Source: Phoronis australis
Taxonomy: Eukaryota > Animalia > Phoronida
Length of the DNA stretch: 64,000 bases
NCBI GenBank assembly: GCA_002633005.1
Contig: NMRA01000074.1
Coordinates: 1,049,417 to 1,113,416 of the forward strand
Direction: 5' to 3'
How positions within the stretch are numbered: the stretch's first letter is position 1; the number at the start of each line of letters is the position of its first letter. The position numbers and the translations under genes were made by a program. Of this stretch, positions 36,352 to 51,300 are shown one piece after another. The notes under the pieces were generated by a model. That model was not told where the DNA came from and searched no databases. It saw only the letters and a program-made list of their open reading frames with translations.

Positions 36352-39300
36352 TCACAGCTCCGTGGTCGTCGGGTCATCTGAGACAACGTCGACATGCACG
36401 AACAGCGTAGCTGGTTGAAGAGAGTGCCCCAGTTTACTCTCCAAGTGCACGGTGCGATAACCTGTGGATAGAAATGACCGCAAATTGCAGTAGCGTGATA
36501 CTCGTACACGTTGGGGAATCCCGTGTATGCAACAGTGCAGTGGTTGGTGTTTGTGAAAAGGTTTGAAAAGAACGTTTAAGAAAGAAAGAGTAAGTATTAG
36601 CTTCTAGTACGGACATGAATCTGTCGTCACAGAATGGGAGATATCCTTCTTAGTAAAAAGCAAATTGTAAACCAGCTTTCTCAATCGACACAAATATGGT
36701 CTTAACCCTATCCATGTCGTGATGGAAATTGATTCTCAACCAAAACTAGGTCATTCAGAGCATCGATAACTAAAGGAGAGACGAGAATCTCGCGCAAGAC
36801 TTCGCGAGATATCGTCATGTGTTACAAGCGAAGTACCTGATCACACTAGATTCTTAGCGAGATTATTGCGTTTACGAAGATCTACCCAGCTATTAGTTTT
36901 TGACTAGTTTAACAAGTTTCCAAAAACTGAGTTGCCTACTATCAGTCGCAGATTAAATCGAATTTCTTTAAATCTATAAAACATTTGGTATCATCAATGA
37001 ACAACTTAAGATTGTTTTATTAGAGACTAGTTTGTGACATCCTTGTTTAGACTACCAAATAGAAGGATACGCTTCTTTAAGTTAGTAGAACTATTTCAAG
37101 TTGGACAACAGGCCTCTAGGGGCTCTTTTGAACAAAAAGTCAATTTGGTAAAATGCTGACAAATACTGAATCAGGACTATATTAACACCAGTGCCGCGGG
37201 AGCTTACCTCGCTGCATGCATCCAATAGGTAGGCAACTCTGCCCAATGAACTCGCTCTTGGATGTTGCATCATAGTCTCGCACAACAAATCTGACGAGAG
37301 CGAGATCTGGGACGTTCACCACGGCTTCAAAGGTTTCGTTCCACCACGGGTTGAATCCTATTTGAATATCAAAACAGTTCAGTCAATTTTAACGTGGATA
37401 TAAAAATTTATTTCAATCGCGGCGACACAGAACTGTTGTGTAAAAGCAAATATAAAAAATAGCTAACATGTTGTGAAGACAATAATATCCGAGCATACCT
37501 GATGTGGATAAAAGTTAAAGTTCGTTTTTGTGACGGAGGCGGATTTGTAGCCGTTTTGAAATAATGCGAAGGATCGCTTCATTCAGTGAGTCAAAGCAGA
37601 CCAAATTTCAACATCTTTTTAGATTCCATGTTCAGATTTCTGTAGACAGATAACATGTGTTACCTGAGGGTGTTATTAACGTGAAACTTACAGGGCATGC
37701 TAAATACAATGGTTGAACATTTCAATACTTCACAGGCGGATTTATGGAAACTCAAACAGTTAGCCGCCCCGACACCAAAAAACATCACCAAAATGACTAT
37801 TCTAGTGTTCACGCGCGCATGTTCTTTCGAAAATTGTGGCTGTCCCCTTGGTGATATCCTTGATCCCTGGGGTTTATAGCACCGAAGCATATAAAGACTT
37901 GATTTAAACTTCAGACCAAAGTCTACCAAGATGTTAGCAGTCGTATACTTACCGTTGTTATGAACATACTTCGTCCTGAATTTGTTGTTGTCTACGTCAA
38001 CTCCATAAATCTGCAACTTCACGTAAGGATCAATCATTTCCTTTCCACCACATGGCGGTTTTGGCAAATTTGACCCGCAAATTATCTGAAACGTACGAGT
38101 AAAATCTGTTACGCCGTGACCTGAAATATCACGACCGTGGTCTGAGGAAATAACAGACTGTCTTCTCGCGCCTAGAGATCACTTCTAAACAGATTAAAGA
38201 ACAAAATAAGACCAATTTTAAAAGAATGAGTGGTCTAAACAAAACTGACAGAAAGCACAGGCGTGCGTTCAGTAGACGCTAGGACCTACGCTAGGACCTA
38301 GCTAAAACCTAGTCAAAGTCACGTAATCTGGCGAAGTCTTGCTTTTTAGCGAGGTCCTAGCGTTACTGAACGGGAGGCTGGTTTAATGCCGCGTTACGTG
38401 AGGTTACATTGTCTTTCGGAAACAAGTGAATGGAGCGAAAGGCGAAAGTTCTGACTAAAGGTGGCGCCATACTATGACGAATGCCTTTCGGGAGGGTAAG
38501 GGCAATTTCTTAACGTTCGTTAGAATAATGCTCATTCGTTACAATTCGTCATTTTTCGTACGACGTCATGACATACATATTTATGTGGCAATGTACGCTA
38601 TAACGTCACACAGAAGTGGACGAACTTTGTATCGAACGAGCTTGGCTAGAGTACACAAAAGTTTGCTTGACTGTTGCTTAGATTCCGTTATCATTCGTTG
38701 CCAGTCCATTCCGCCCATTCCGACCCGTCAAGTTATTCGTTCGGAATTTAAACGCGTGAAGGCTTACACGGATTCATTTGCGTTTGTTTCATGAAGATAT
38801 TCGTTATAACGAAAGTCATGAACTTAACCACTGGTATTTTGTTGGAAGTTTTAAATCATAACTATTCTCAATTAAAAGGATACCAAACTCGGTTTTGGCC
38901 TATTGACAGATACATGTACTAAAAATTACTTTCCCGTCAACAAAGTGATATTCTGTAACTCTCGACAACCCTCAAAAGTATAGGAGAAATTTGAAAACTC
39001 CTTTCAAAGTCTGCTAAACGGGCAGGCGTGACCTACGAAAAGACCACCCACCAAGGACCATAATGTCCAATCTGAAACATAGGGAGTATGACTTTTTGAT
39101 TCCTGCCTTTAACTTGGAAGGTTGACGCCAATGATACATTAGCAGGTGACCGAACGAGGGTTGGTTGAAATCGTCAGGGTCTAGTCTCCTTTTAAATAAC
39201 AATGCCTATCAGTAACCAAATTTATACCAAGCGTCCCATTCCTTTGCGAAAGGATTAACGAGAGGGAATGAAAATTAAACCATACCGTGAATCTAATAGT

Positions 39301-42300
39301 CTGTTTCAGTTTCGGATCAAACTCCTTGGAATATGGATTAAACTGCTTCTCTGAAAAACACAAAGGCGATGTGAAGTATGTTATCAAAATGAGTTATGAC
39401 GTTCCATTTTGTACTTAGGGTTTTCTTTCATGTTTTCAGTTGCAACTACTACAATCATCTTCAACAATACATATGACGTCAGGTGGATAACATTTTTCTC
39501 CCGAAGAGGCGAGGCAGAATCGCAAGCAACACGAAAATTTTCCCATTTGTTTGTCATATCAACATCGGCTCAAATCTCATTGCTTCGACAAGAAACCACC
39601 AACAGCAATCGAAATTTACCAAATTATAATACCCTATTATTTCACTTACCCAGGAGCAATTTCGGCTTAAGAACATAGCCAGAGCCGCCGTTGTTGCGGA
39701 ATAAACCCAAGTATAAGTGCATCATTTTCTTCATGGTTTGAAAGTTTAACGCAACTGAAATGAAACAACTGAAGTCAGCGCAAGGCGTCCAAATCAGAAG
39801 TAGTTCACGAGCTGCATTTCAATGGAATATCTTTTGCAAGTAGACATAAGACACGTCGGTCGTGAATATTTAACTTACGTTTCTAACGTTGCCTAGGTAA
39901 TCATTGTACATGCTGGGAATCATCGCAATGTAGCCAAGATTTAAACGGCTATTCTAGAGGCGGGAAAGAAATCGGAGGCATCGGCTCGCTGATTACAATA
40001 TGTGCATGGTTATTGACCAACAGGTCCTTTGTGTAAATAAGGGCAGGTGTTTAAGTGATACAAGGTTATATATACTAGCTATGACTAATTTCCGTACAAA
40101 ATTAATGAAGAAATATCAAGAAAAAAGATATCAGTACTTTCGAAGTTCTACTGTAATAAACTTGTGAACTAGACTGAAGAAATAAGAGAGATGAAATTGA
40201 GTAACATTGGCCGAGTATCAACTCACCAACTTGTGCGCCTACATTCCACATAGGGATAGGATCGTAATTGCTGGAGTCGGTGCGGAAACCACTCGGGTAT
40301 ATCCGGAATATCTGCTTTCTGGTGTGGTGTATGAATTCTACCGGGTTGCTCGCTGCTAGATCGAGGGCTTTACTCTCCTTTAACGAAGAGTTGTGATAAA
40401 ACTCCTCTGAAAAAAATGGATAAGGGGTTTTATGTCAAAAGCAAAAATAATTAGTCTTCCTCGTATACAAAAACCGGCTAAACGATCGACAGAAGCAGGA
40501 AAATGATTGAAAACAGAAAAAAATGAGCAAAATTGCGCAAAACTAGACGATAACGTACAAGAACTACTGCATCCTGGGCAAAACGCTGTAGATATTTACC
40601 ATTCTCCTTGGAATGTTCAAAGCCTTTGAAACTCTTTGACTCAATGTAGTTGACCAAACGAGAAAGCTCCTGTGTGATTTTGACCTTGCATTTGCCGTCT
40701 GTTTGGTCGACTTCTTTTTTCACCTCTTCGCTTTCCAAATCTGCCGCCTCATCTTCTTCGCTGATTTCGCCTACCTCATCTTGGGCGTAAGAGGTCATGG
40801 GACATTTTTTAGCCTGCCAGAGATTAGAAAGCCATTTCATTACTTCAACAAGAGCAACAGTGAACGTTGATGTGCGCCCACAATGCCCATCGCACCTTCG
40901 CAGATATAACGGATGATCACTATTTTAAACATTCCTATTACATTCAAACAATTAGGAGGACAGGAAAGCGGACGACAAAAAACAGGCAAAAAGGCCACTA
41001 AGGGGCACAACAGAGGTCTAATCCGCCAGAAACGAGGCAGGGTCTGTCGTCTTCAGAAACTTATTTGCCAAGTTGCACTAGTATCGATCAAGGAAGTTCG
41101 TTGATACCATGCAAACACGAAAACAAAACACAATTGCCACTAAGAAAATACACAGTAGTTGGGTTTGTCCGAAAGTCCACGTCAGTTGTACTTTCTTCAA
41201 CAGAAACACACAACAAAGTTTATGAAGTTCGATCAAATCAGATATTGAGCCACAGGCAAAAAAAAAACAGAATTACCCTAGAAGGCGAGTCTTCGTTTTC
41301 TCAATTGACAGATAATTATTTCTCAAATTTCATGAAAATCTGTCGAGGAGCTCGAATATATAATGTAGAAAAGTTAAATTGACATTAGTTGGTACAGCGG
41401 TAGTCGGCAAACAGTAAAAATGGCCACTAGGTGGCACAAAATATGTCAAATCCATCCGAAAACAGCCAGATGAAAATCCGTCAAGGTACTGGGCAGTTAT
41501 AGAGCCTATAGAGGCTGAAATGAGAACTAGTCTTATTTCCGTTCGAAAAACTCGCTCGTGCCACCAGTGAGAGGAACAGGTCTGCAAAATTTCACGGACA
41601 TCCATCAATTTGCCGAGATGCAACAGCAGACGCCGAACAGACAGTCCAACGGAGACGACGGCATGAGTGGGCTCAGTTGTAAAGTAACGCTTATTATCTT
41701 CACGTCTTACACACGACATTTTGACTATACGACTGATGATGAGCGGGATCATGTAACGGTAGAGTGACTTTTAAGTTACCCAACGGTTCACTTTTCGCCA
41801 AAATGCGCTAGTAAGCAAATGTACATTTTTCAAAAAGACAACAAGATCGCTATTTCTAGGAAACTCCAACAGTGGGGTAATGTTTGACAATGACAACAGG
41901 GGGTGACTCGATAACAAATTGACACGGCTACATATTTGTTATCTTCCACTGCATATTCCCGTGAGCTAAATGGACCAGACATTAGGCACCACGTAACGAC
42001 TTTATTTATTTATTTATTATTGTAATGTTTACAATGAGGGTAGCCCCATCAGTTCTCACTGCTTTCCATGGGGGCCCACAGACTAGAAGTTGCTTTCTTA
42101 CGAAAGGCGTCGCTACGAGATAACGTGTTTTTTCTATACCGCAACGAGACTAGAATAGACGGCGGTAGCGCTCTCTTTTGGAGTTCTTCAAATGAGCCGT
42201 TAGGCTTCACTATAAGACTAACTGAGTAAGTAAGTACACAAGTACTAAGTTAGTACGTAGGGAAGTGAGATATGTAAGTAGGTCAGTAAGTACGTATGTA

Positions 42301-45300
42301 AGTAAGTATACAACTAAGTACGTAAGTAAGAAAGAAGTTAGCAAGTAATTATGGAAGTGACTGGTAAGTCAGCACCTAATACCGTAATCGTTCGGGTTAA
42401 CGCCCATGCTCAGTTAACCGCCCATCCCTGACTTTAAGTGGATTTTCGATTTAACCGCCCACTGCTCGGTTAAGCGCCCCCCTGCGATTTTTGAAGATTT
42501 CCAGTTAACCGCCCACTGCTCGGTTAACCGCCCTCCCCCGATTTTTTGGATTCGCCAGTTTAACCGCCCAGGGCGTTAACCCGAACGATTACGGTAAGTA
42601 TATAAGAAAGTAAGCAATTAGTAAGGAGTAGGTAAGTACGAAAGTTACTAACTACAACTGCTGTTTCCCAACATGCAACTGTTTTGTTAAGATAAATATG
42701 AGTTATTAACCTTGATGAGAATTTTTCCTTTCAGGTCTTCTGGTGAAGGAAGAGACTTGTATTTTGGGTCGACATCGCCATCTAACAGCATATCGCCAAG
42801 AATGTCTTTCGTGTACTTCGCCATCTTTACTTGTTGGTCCAATGACAAATGGTTTTCGATGGACAGAATAACAGGATATCTAGAACACAATGCGCGAATA
42901 ACAGCTATCCTTTTTTTCCTGTGACATAACTGAACATCGGCTGAATCTATTTCCCTAATCAAGTGCATTGTGTAAAAACAGCCTATCCCGTCAGTTACAT
43001 AGAAAATGAGAGGCAGACAATGCTGTCAAAGGAATAACAAGGGATGAATTGATCAATAAATAAATGGCGCTTAATCAGCATTTTGCACGATCATTCCTAA
43101 TAACTTGTAAGGTGTATTCCTACACCAACGATGTGTCAGTACTGCACAAAAAGGCGTCCGATCTTCATACACGGTGTCACCGTGAGGTGAGTGGTCCATC
43201 CAACAGATGGCAAAGATACGTGTATGAATCATCCTCAGACAGACAAAATAATGCTTCAAACATTAGACATTATCTGCATTATGACGAGTGAAATATGGGT
43301 ATATACAGTCCTAAAAATAATGCCACTCTAAATCGTGTAGAAAGTTTAAACAAGAATGAAAAAGAAAAAGAAGCCAGGGAGCTTAGCAGTAGCAGCGGAA
43401 CTTGATATCAGTCCTTTACGTCGTACATGAGACCTTTCAGGTTGAATGGGAAAACTACTGTTATTCCTCAAACTTACTTCGATGCTTCAAACGCGAAAAC
43501 TTTCACAGCATCTAATATATCCTTGTACTTGATTTTGGACGTAAGCGTGTGACCGTGATAAACAACAGGCTCTCCACCGTCGCCATCCCAGCAGTCAACT
43601 GCAACGGAAGTAACGTGAGCTTTGAATGGGTTGGAGTAACTATGAAAACAATAAGTCAATCTACTTGACAATCATACGTGCCGTCCACACAAACAGATTT
43701 GCCCTAGGACAAGTTACTCCTGGAAAGAGTAGTCGAGAGGTTTAAGGGCTGTCTGAACGCTATGTGCAAATTGTACCGATTGTGACAACTTACTCCACCT
43801 TATTGAGGTAGGGTAATTCGGTCAAGAGTAACTTGTGCCATTTCTAATCGTTGTGTGGCCGCAAATCTGGGGAAAAGCGAAAGTAATAATAAGCGTCGGC
43901 TACATACAGACGGGTTTTCTTTTGCTCGCCGTATTCCCATCAACTGTTCATCGTCACGCACAGAACGACAACGTCCGCCTTACCCTAGTCATCGGATATT
44001 TGAGTCAGTGAACACTCTACTAAAAATGGGGCAAGTTGCATTAGTGCAAGTCGTTCTAGGGTAGGCTATGTGTGGACGGAATTATACATAGACTGTTAAC
44101 GTTAGGATAATGTTAACATTGTACCACAGTTATTCCCTTGACGTTTTCTAAAATTCAGCGTAACGATATTGTCTCATTTGAAAGAAATTTTCAGTCGCAA
44201 TTCAAAATAACTACGGCGCGACTTCCACTCCTAAAGTAAGGAACAGAAATGGCAAGCCGCCACTGATATTATTTGAAAATGCCCTAAAATTAGACATGCT
44301 TACGCTCGATACACCTGCAGCCTCTCTTTAGAGCAGAAATATAGCCCTCCACGCTGCTGGGACCCTTAAGCTGATCCTTGATTAGATACCTGCAGAAAGA
44401 GGACTACAAAGAATAATCGCGGTGTATTACGGGTAGTGTAGGCATACAGTCATACGATCATCAAGTGGTATGTTTACTGCAATCAGCAATACATATGTGC
44501 AGGGTGCGGCGGCATATGCTGTAATTTCAAACCCTGTCCAGAGTATGAAGTTTGACTGCTGTATCACCCCAATAGCATTGCTCAACAATTGAAATCTGAT
44601 TCATGATAGCGTATCTTTGTTCAATACGGTGACGTGTAACAAAGCCCAGACCATGATATTTTTAATTGACTTGTGCGAATATAACGCCACGCTCGTTTTT
44701 CAATTAAACGACTACAGACAGTGACTAATACCAAGAAACGCTAAAAATTAAAATGTGTTGCCCGTCGCCAACTCTCAGTAAATTCTTCATTATCGGATTA
44801 CACAGGATATGTTGACAAGCATGAGTGATCTTACGTATTATGAGAAGAGCTGACGAAATATGAACTCAGAGGCTGAGTCATGTCCTGGTAGACTTTGGTG
44901 GCCTCGAAACGAAACAGGCTGTGATCCTCGCTGGTCATGAACAAAGTGAACCCTTGAAGGAAAATGAGGGCTGCAGTCAGTAAAAGACTACAATCAGACA
45001 CAGTTTCCTGAGGAGTAGTCACAAAGTGCAACTTTCTCTCAAAATTTTAACCTTCAAAAAGTTTTTCGCACAGAAGTGAAAAAATGTTTAGCTAGAAAAA
45101 ATGAAATCAAGGGAGCATTCTGTTGACTAAGAAGCTCTAGCGGCGCGACATCTTCGCGTAAAAGAACGGAAACCGTGAATTCTGTACCGCAATTCAAAAT
45201 CTAACCTACTATAAATGGTCGCCATTTTGTGAGGGTATGCTAGCATGGTTCGACGCATACTCGCGTGATTTTGCGCGATCTTGTCTTTCCGCGAGAATCT

Positions 45301-48300
45301 TGCTTCTACGCAACGCATCCCTATGTGGTCTTTAGAAATGTAAAGGAAATCTTACAATTAAAGCTGCCCTTAGTATCCATTTCGTACCCAAACGGAAATA
45401 CAGAATATGCTAATTAAGTCTGTCAAATTGACTTAACATTTCCTGGCCACAACAGCATCGCTTTCAACATTCAGATGGAATATAGGGATAATCAACGAGA
45501 GATAGAAGGGGTTTTTGAACAGCTGACCATCCCTACGATTTTGACACGAACCTTTTCCTGAGTGGTACAGAGTAAATGTCGTAGACGTATCTATGATAAC
45601 AGAAATAAAGTTATATCGCGGAAAGGAAATGTTAGGGACCGTTTTGTGGAGCTAAGTGGCCTAGTTTTTTCTCAGTATTTGTCCAAACAATCGATATTTC
45701 AAAAAATAAAAGATTTCTTGCTCACCCTCTCTTCCCATCAAACCCATCTCCTTTGTATCGGGGCATACTTCAAAGTGTGCAATTATTTCCATCGCTTGCT
45801 CCAAAGTGAATTGAGATTCTTGCTGTACGTCCTCCATGAACTTCTGCAGTTGTTCGGCAGAGAACGTCATGTCGTCAGCATTGCCATACCTAGAACCAGC
45901 CATCCCCACAATATTACCACCAGGTACACGCATTAGGAACGGACGCACGCGACACGTGCAGAAGATAAAAACTTTAGATGTTGTCGCCAATTTTGAACCA
46001 ATTTTGTGATCGGTTCCCAAATACGCCAATACAGCGAATGGATAAAAAGTCCTTGTTTTTGCCACAATGCCATGAGGAAAATTGTAGCCCCTCGGATTGC
46101 TCACACTCGTTAAAGATAACTTCACAGACTGTAAATTTTGCAACACGAGTAAATAATATTTTAGTTCGCTAGTTTTTCAATTTGCCCAAGCTCCATTTGT
46201 AGCCAATGAAAACAACCCCCTTTTATAACAGAAACATTTCCTCTTAGGCAAAGCTAACAAGCAACTATAACGTGCTGAAATGAGTGTCAACCTTCAGGCA
46301 CTTGGCAGGGGATCCAAAGGCAAAACTGAAATGAGTTTTTTTGGGTAAGGCCTTTTTTACTACGAACAAGAGGCACGACTCCGTTGCGCTATTCACAGCT
46401 TCGTCAGTAGCTATGGCGACAGGTTGACGACTGATTGTTGATTGTCGCAAATAATCAACGACACCAAATAATCTTAAGTTTCATCAACAACTCTGTATTC
46501 AATAATCAAAACTGAACTCCTTACTTTACAATTAACTCGTCGAGGTCGGGACGTTTTGCCAAGTTTTCATAGAACTTAAAGAACTCATCGATGTCTAAAG
46601 CCTCTTCACCTCTTCGCGTCTTTGACGGGTCCGCGTTAGCAGCCTATAAATTAGATTACGTGGAAAATAAAACTGTCCATTGCATGATCAAGAAGACAAT
46701 GGCTCAAACTGCCAATTAAAGAACTTCGCTTTCACTTTTAAAGACTTAAACAAGGATTTTCTTTTGAAATCTTTCATGTGTACGGTGAAACAGATTTTTA
46801 AAATGTCCATATTTAGATTGTATACGAAGGACACGACCGACTGAATCGGACAGCAGCTAAACCATCGTCATCTTTGTCCTCAAACAAACAAAAAAGAAGT
46901 TTAACTACAGGCAAAAATAAATACATATAAGTAAATACAGACAGACAAACACACATACATTCAGATAGATAAACTTTATTACATTCGACCCTCCTTTCAA
47001 TTAGATGTTGCATTTCGTCTACGTAACATGATGGCAGCTTCCACAAACTGAAAAGAGCGCGCATGCGCTTCCATCATTAAAGGTGCTATAATACGCCTTG
47101 AGCAAAAAGTTAAAATTGACTTATAACACCGGTCCTTTTGTTGCGATTTGGTTGGCGAGGAAAAAGTCAGTCTCGTAACGTCGACTAGACTGAATCAAAG
47201 TTATTTTTCACAGGTGGCTGTATGGTAGCCTCAAAGACATTTAAGGTTAGAGTACCCCTATTTCACAAAAATTCCAACAATATTGACACTAATTATGGAA
47301 AATCCCAGACATGGTTTTTGAGCATTTTTATCAAAGTTTTTGTACATAAAATTTGGTGAATGCTGGTGAACGAACTTTCAATGTTCCTTTCAAAAAACAG
47401 CATTTTTGCCTAGAACGCATGGTCACGTGACCACGAGAATGGCACAGTGTTGTGAATGATATGAGTAGATTTGTCTTGATTCCAAATTTAAAAATATGTA
47501 CTTTTAACAATTAAAAGTCGCTGCTTAGTTAGATATTTCAAGAAAAAGCCGACCTTTTCAGGGGTACAGTAAGCTTAATAGAGGTGTATACATACATCAA
47601 ACATTTCCTTGGCAAGGTCCTTGTTGGCTCGCACATTGAGAGATTTCATCAGTTTCCAGACTTCTTCAAAGGTAAGATATTTATCCTGGTTTTTATCGGC
47701 AGCGAGGAATGTATTGCGGATCCAACTGAAATTAAAGGGTACATTCTGGTCACTGTTACTGCATCGTAATTTAACACAGCGACAATTGAGAAAGGAAACC
47801 ATTCATGCGTTCGGGTACTTTTGACTAGTAAGGCATTGTTGTTTGGGTTGTTACGTGACTTTTCAGATGAAAGGGGGCCAGAGTTTACTAAAATCAGCCT
47901 GTCTGTAGGTTTAAAAGTTCAGGGGATAACCGGTGCATATTTTGAATAGATGGCATAAAATAAGGCAATGGGCATCGATTCTTGTGTAAAATTAAAAAAA
48001 ACATTTGTCAAATTTATCATCTTCCTTTCAACGCCAAAAGTAACCACAATTTTAGGTCTTGCTTGATGACAGCTGTTCAAAACAGAAAACGCAAATAATG
48101 AAGAAAATTATACTTTACTCGTCCTCTAGATTGTGGCCTCAAATCCTTGATCCCACACATAGATATGTACTTGTGATAAGGGTGCTTGGTCACGAAATAT
48201 TACGCTAACTCAAATCAGACCACCATGATAATGCAAATTTGTGACATCATCAGCACGTGCTCGCGAGAAATCAAAGGTCTGTGGCAGCTCCATCGAAATG

Positions 48301-51300
48301 CCAAGAAACGGCATTTCCAGGCCTTTTGCCGTGTGACTGCGTCAGAGGCACAAGAATCAATCTAAGATATGGGATTCTGGACATATGAAATAACTCAGTT
48401 GCACTAATTCACTTACACCATTTACCCACCCCAGACATCAACAGCAAAATGCAAACAATTATTGACACACGTTTTAATAAGAACACCGTTATTTGCTAGT
48501 AAATGAGCCCAAGCGCACTTTTTTGCTAATAATGTTGTCCTCTTTAACCACAAGTTGCTTCATGTACGGTGAATTGGCGTGCATGATACAAGTGTTTGGC
48601 TAAACTACAACCCATAATTATTTCAGTTTTAATTCCGTTCGTTGTATTTTCACAGTGCTAGATCCAGTCCAGTCATCGTCATATTATACAATTCCTTGAT
48701 ATTCAGAATTTATTTTGATACTTATATCCCACAGTACAGCGAAAATTAATTGAAAGCAAGATGTGATTATATAACCAGCTAAGTAAATCAACGTAGGCGA
48801 TCGTGAATACCTACAGCTCATGCTGTTTCTTGATATCAAAACCTTCCTTTCCAAGTACTAGTCGTTTTAGACATTTCACCCATTGATCTCTGACATCCAC
48901 GTTTGGCGCAACAAGATCCAACGTGTGCTTCCTTTTCGACCCTTTGCGTCGATAAACAATAGAAAAACATCGCTCGTCCTGTAATTGACAATATATCTCA
49001 AATCAATTGGGAACTAACTATATTTCGATAATAGACATTTAATTCTATTTTCGGCTCTGAAGTACCTTGACCTACGTTCAGAACGTTGCTAATATAATGT
49101 CTAAATATTAAATTTGTTTTGCTGCGTAATGTACTTATCCGTTGATAAAGTATCTAAATACGGTATTCCTTTATCTATAGGGTTAACCTTTAACTTCGTA
49201 TAAACACTTATATGTAGTTTACTAAGAAAATTTTGAGGCCTGGTATTTCGGGAAAACTGGCAGAGTAAAACCAACACATCAAACTGCGTCAACCCCATGT
49301 TCAAAGTTCAATACAAAAATAACTGTCACAAACACAACTCACATCTAGTTTCAGTTTCTTTGATTTCTTGTTAAATCGATCGGTGTTCGTGCTCGGTCGT
49401 ATCTCTATTACCTCGCCTAACGACACAGCTGAAATACACAAACAGACAAAGTGACGAGCAGAACTTCTTGATTTCTCGTTACGCCCCAACGCGTTTGTGA
49501 TCTACATCCTGTATATGACGTCACCAACGTGGCTTAAAAATTACGAAAGTGGGACTGGATATTTCTACGAAGTGACAAATTAGTAACAACCCCGATTTAA
49601 AAAGCAACGGGAAGGCCTAAAGCTGTCCTATATCATGATGTTAAAAGTTCTCAGCAGTCTTGTCTTCTTTCAACTTGTGCCAAGATGCTTCGATTCGAGT
49701 GCAGTGTGGATAGTGATCATCGACTGGAGAATAATAAAATCATGACGTCATATCTTGTGGTAGGTTGTTGAAAACTTATTAATGTACATGCGTGTATTTA
49801 GACACGAGCAAATATACCAAACATACTGTCTCCTAAAAAAATGAATTTTCTTGCGTTTTGTTCATTCTTTTTAAGTTTAAGACAGTTGCTTGTCACACTC
49901 ACTGCTGATATTGTTTGCGCAATACCAAGTCGACCTATGGTCATCCAAGAAAATAGTCGCGGATAATCCGCTTCAACTGACCTTCACAGATCCTGTTCAT
50001 TAAAAAGTTTCTAACGACATCGGTTCGTGGAAAATCCTGATATTTTCCATCAAGCCTGTATATCTTGCTGGTATCACCCAAAAGTGTTGAATACAGGTTT
50101 TGTTTAGTAAGCGCAGTTTCATATAAATGCATACGGGCCAAAGTTGGCGCATATATGCATACAAGAAGTCCATACAAATGCTGTCGTCTGCTCCAGTCGT
50201 CCATGTTTTACAAGGCACTGACTGGAACTAAAAATGCCAAGCAAGCCGAATAATTAACTTAAAAAATATTTACTCAACGCACAAAGAAAACGTCTTCTGA
50301 CACCACGTTCTCCCGTGCTTTGGGACGCCTTCGCGAGTCAAAAACTCTCACCGTGTGTTTTTGGAGTGCATCTTTTTGACCCATCATAACAGAGGACCGT
50401 CAGTTCTTGGTTGACGTAAAACTTACGTCGGTACAATCGAGAACGTAGCTTCTGGAGTTCGCAGCCACCAGTGAGGAACGACAACGTCTCGGGATCTAAG
50501 TAATAATAGGAACTGAAGTAAGCTTTATGCATGTTTGCAGTGTGAGAGGAAAAAGCGACTTAATTGTCCCGCCTACACACTCGCTTTTTTGTATACGAGT
50601 GTCGTGTGCGACTGTCGTATACGAAAAACCGACGTGTGAAGACAGAGAAACTTACTTTTGATTGACGCCACTTACAACAGTAAAACCGAGTCTGAGTTTA
50701 TTTCTTACCCAGCTGCGCCGACGAGATTTCTGGGCTTTTCATTACTGCACGGGACCGTGCTGAGCGCGGATAAAAAAACGCCATAGTCAAATCAACTTAT
50801 TGTGCAGAGTTATAAGGTTAGGGAGCGAAAGCAATGGTATACGTGACCTGTTCAATCAAACGAGGCCCTGACAGCAAACCACAAAGCCGACAAAACCATA
50901 CCCCTCATTTCTTTACACTAGAGCGGACATAAAACATACATTAACTAGAACTACTTCATAAAGTATCAAAAGTCAGCGACCAAAATTCATATAATATAAT
51001 CTAAATATTGATTTGTGTTGGCGAAGGGAAACTAAAAAACATGAATGTAAATGATGCTATTTTACATTCAATCAGATGTCAGAGAAAGAGAATGGCTCGT
51101 TTCACCCGGGCTCCCAGCCGACAATTTCCGACTGCACTGAGTCAATGTTTGCAAAAGCAGTGCCAAAGAAAATCTTTGGCAGTGCTAAACATAAGAGCAC
51201 CGTTGATTTCTTTCCCGTAGCTGTTTATTCTGCCTGGCCAAGTGGCTACAAGCTGATACGTAGCCTTACATAACTTGGACAAAGCAAAGAACTCTAGTAA

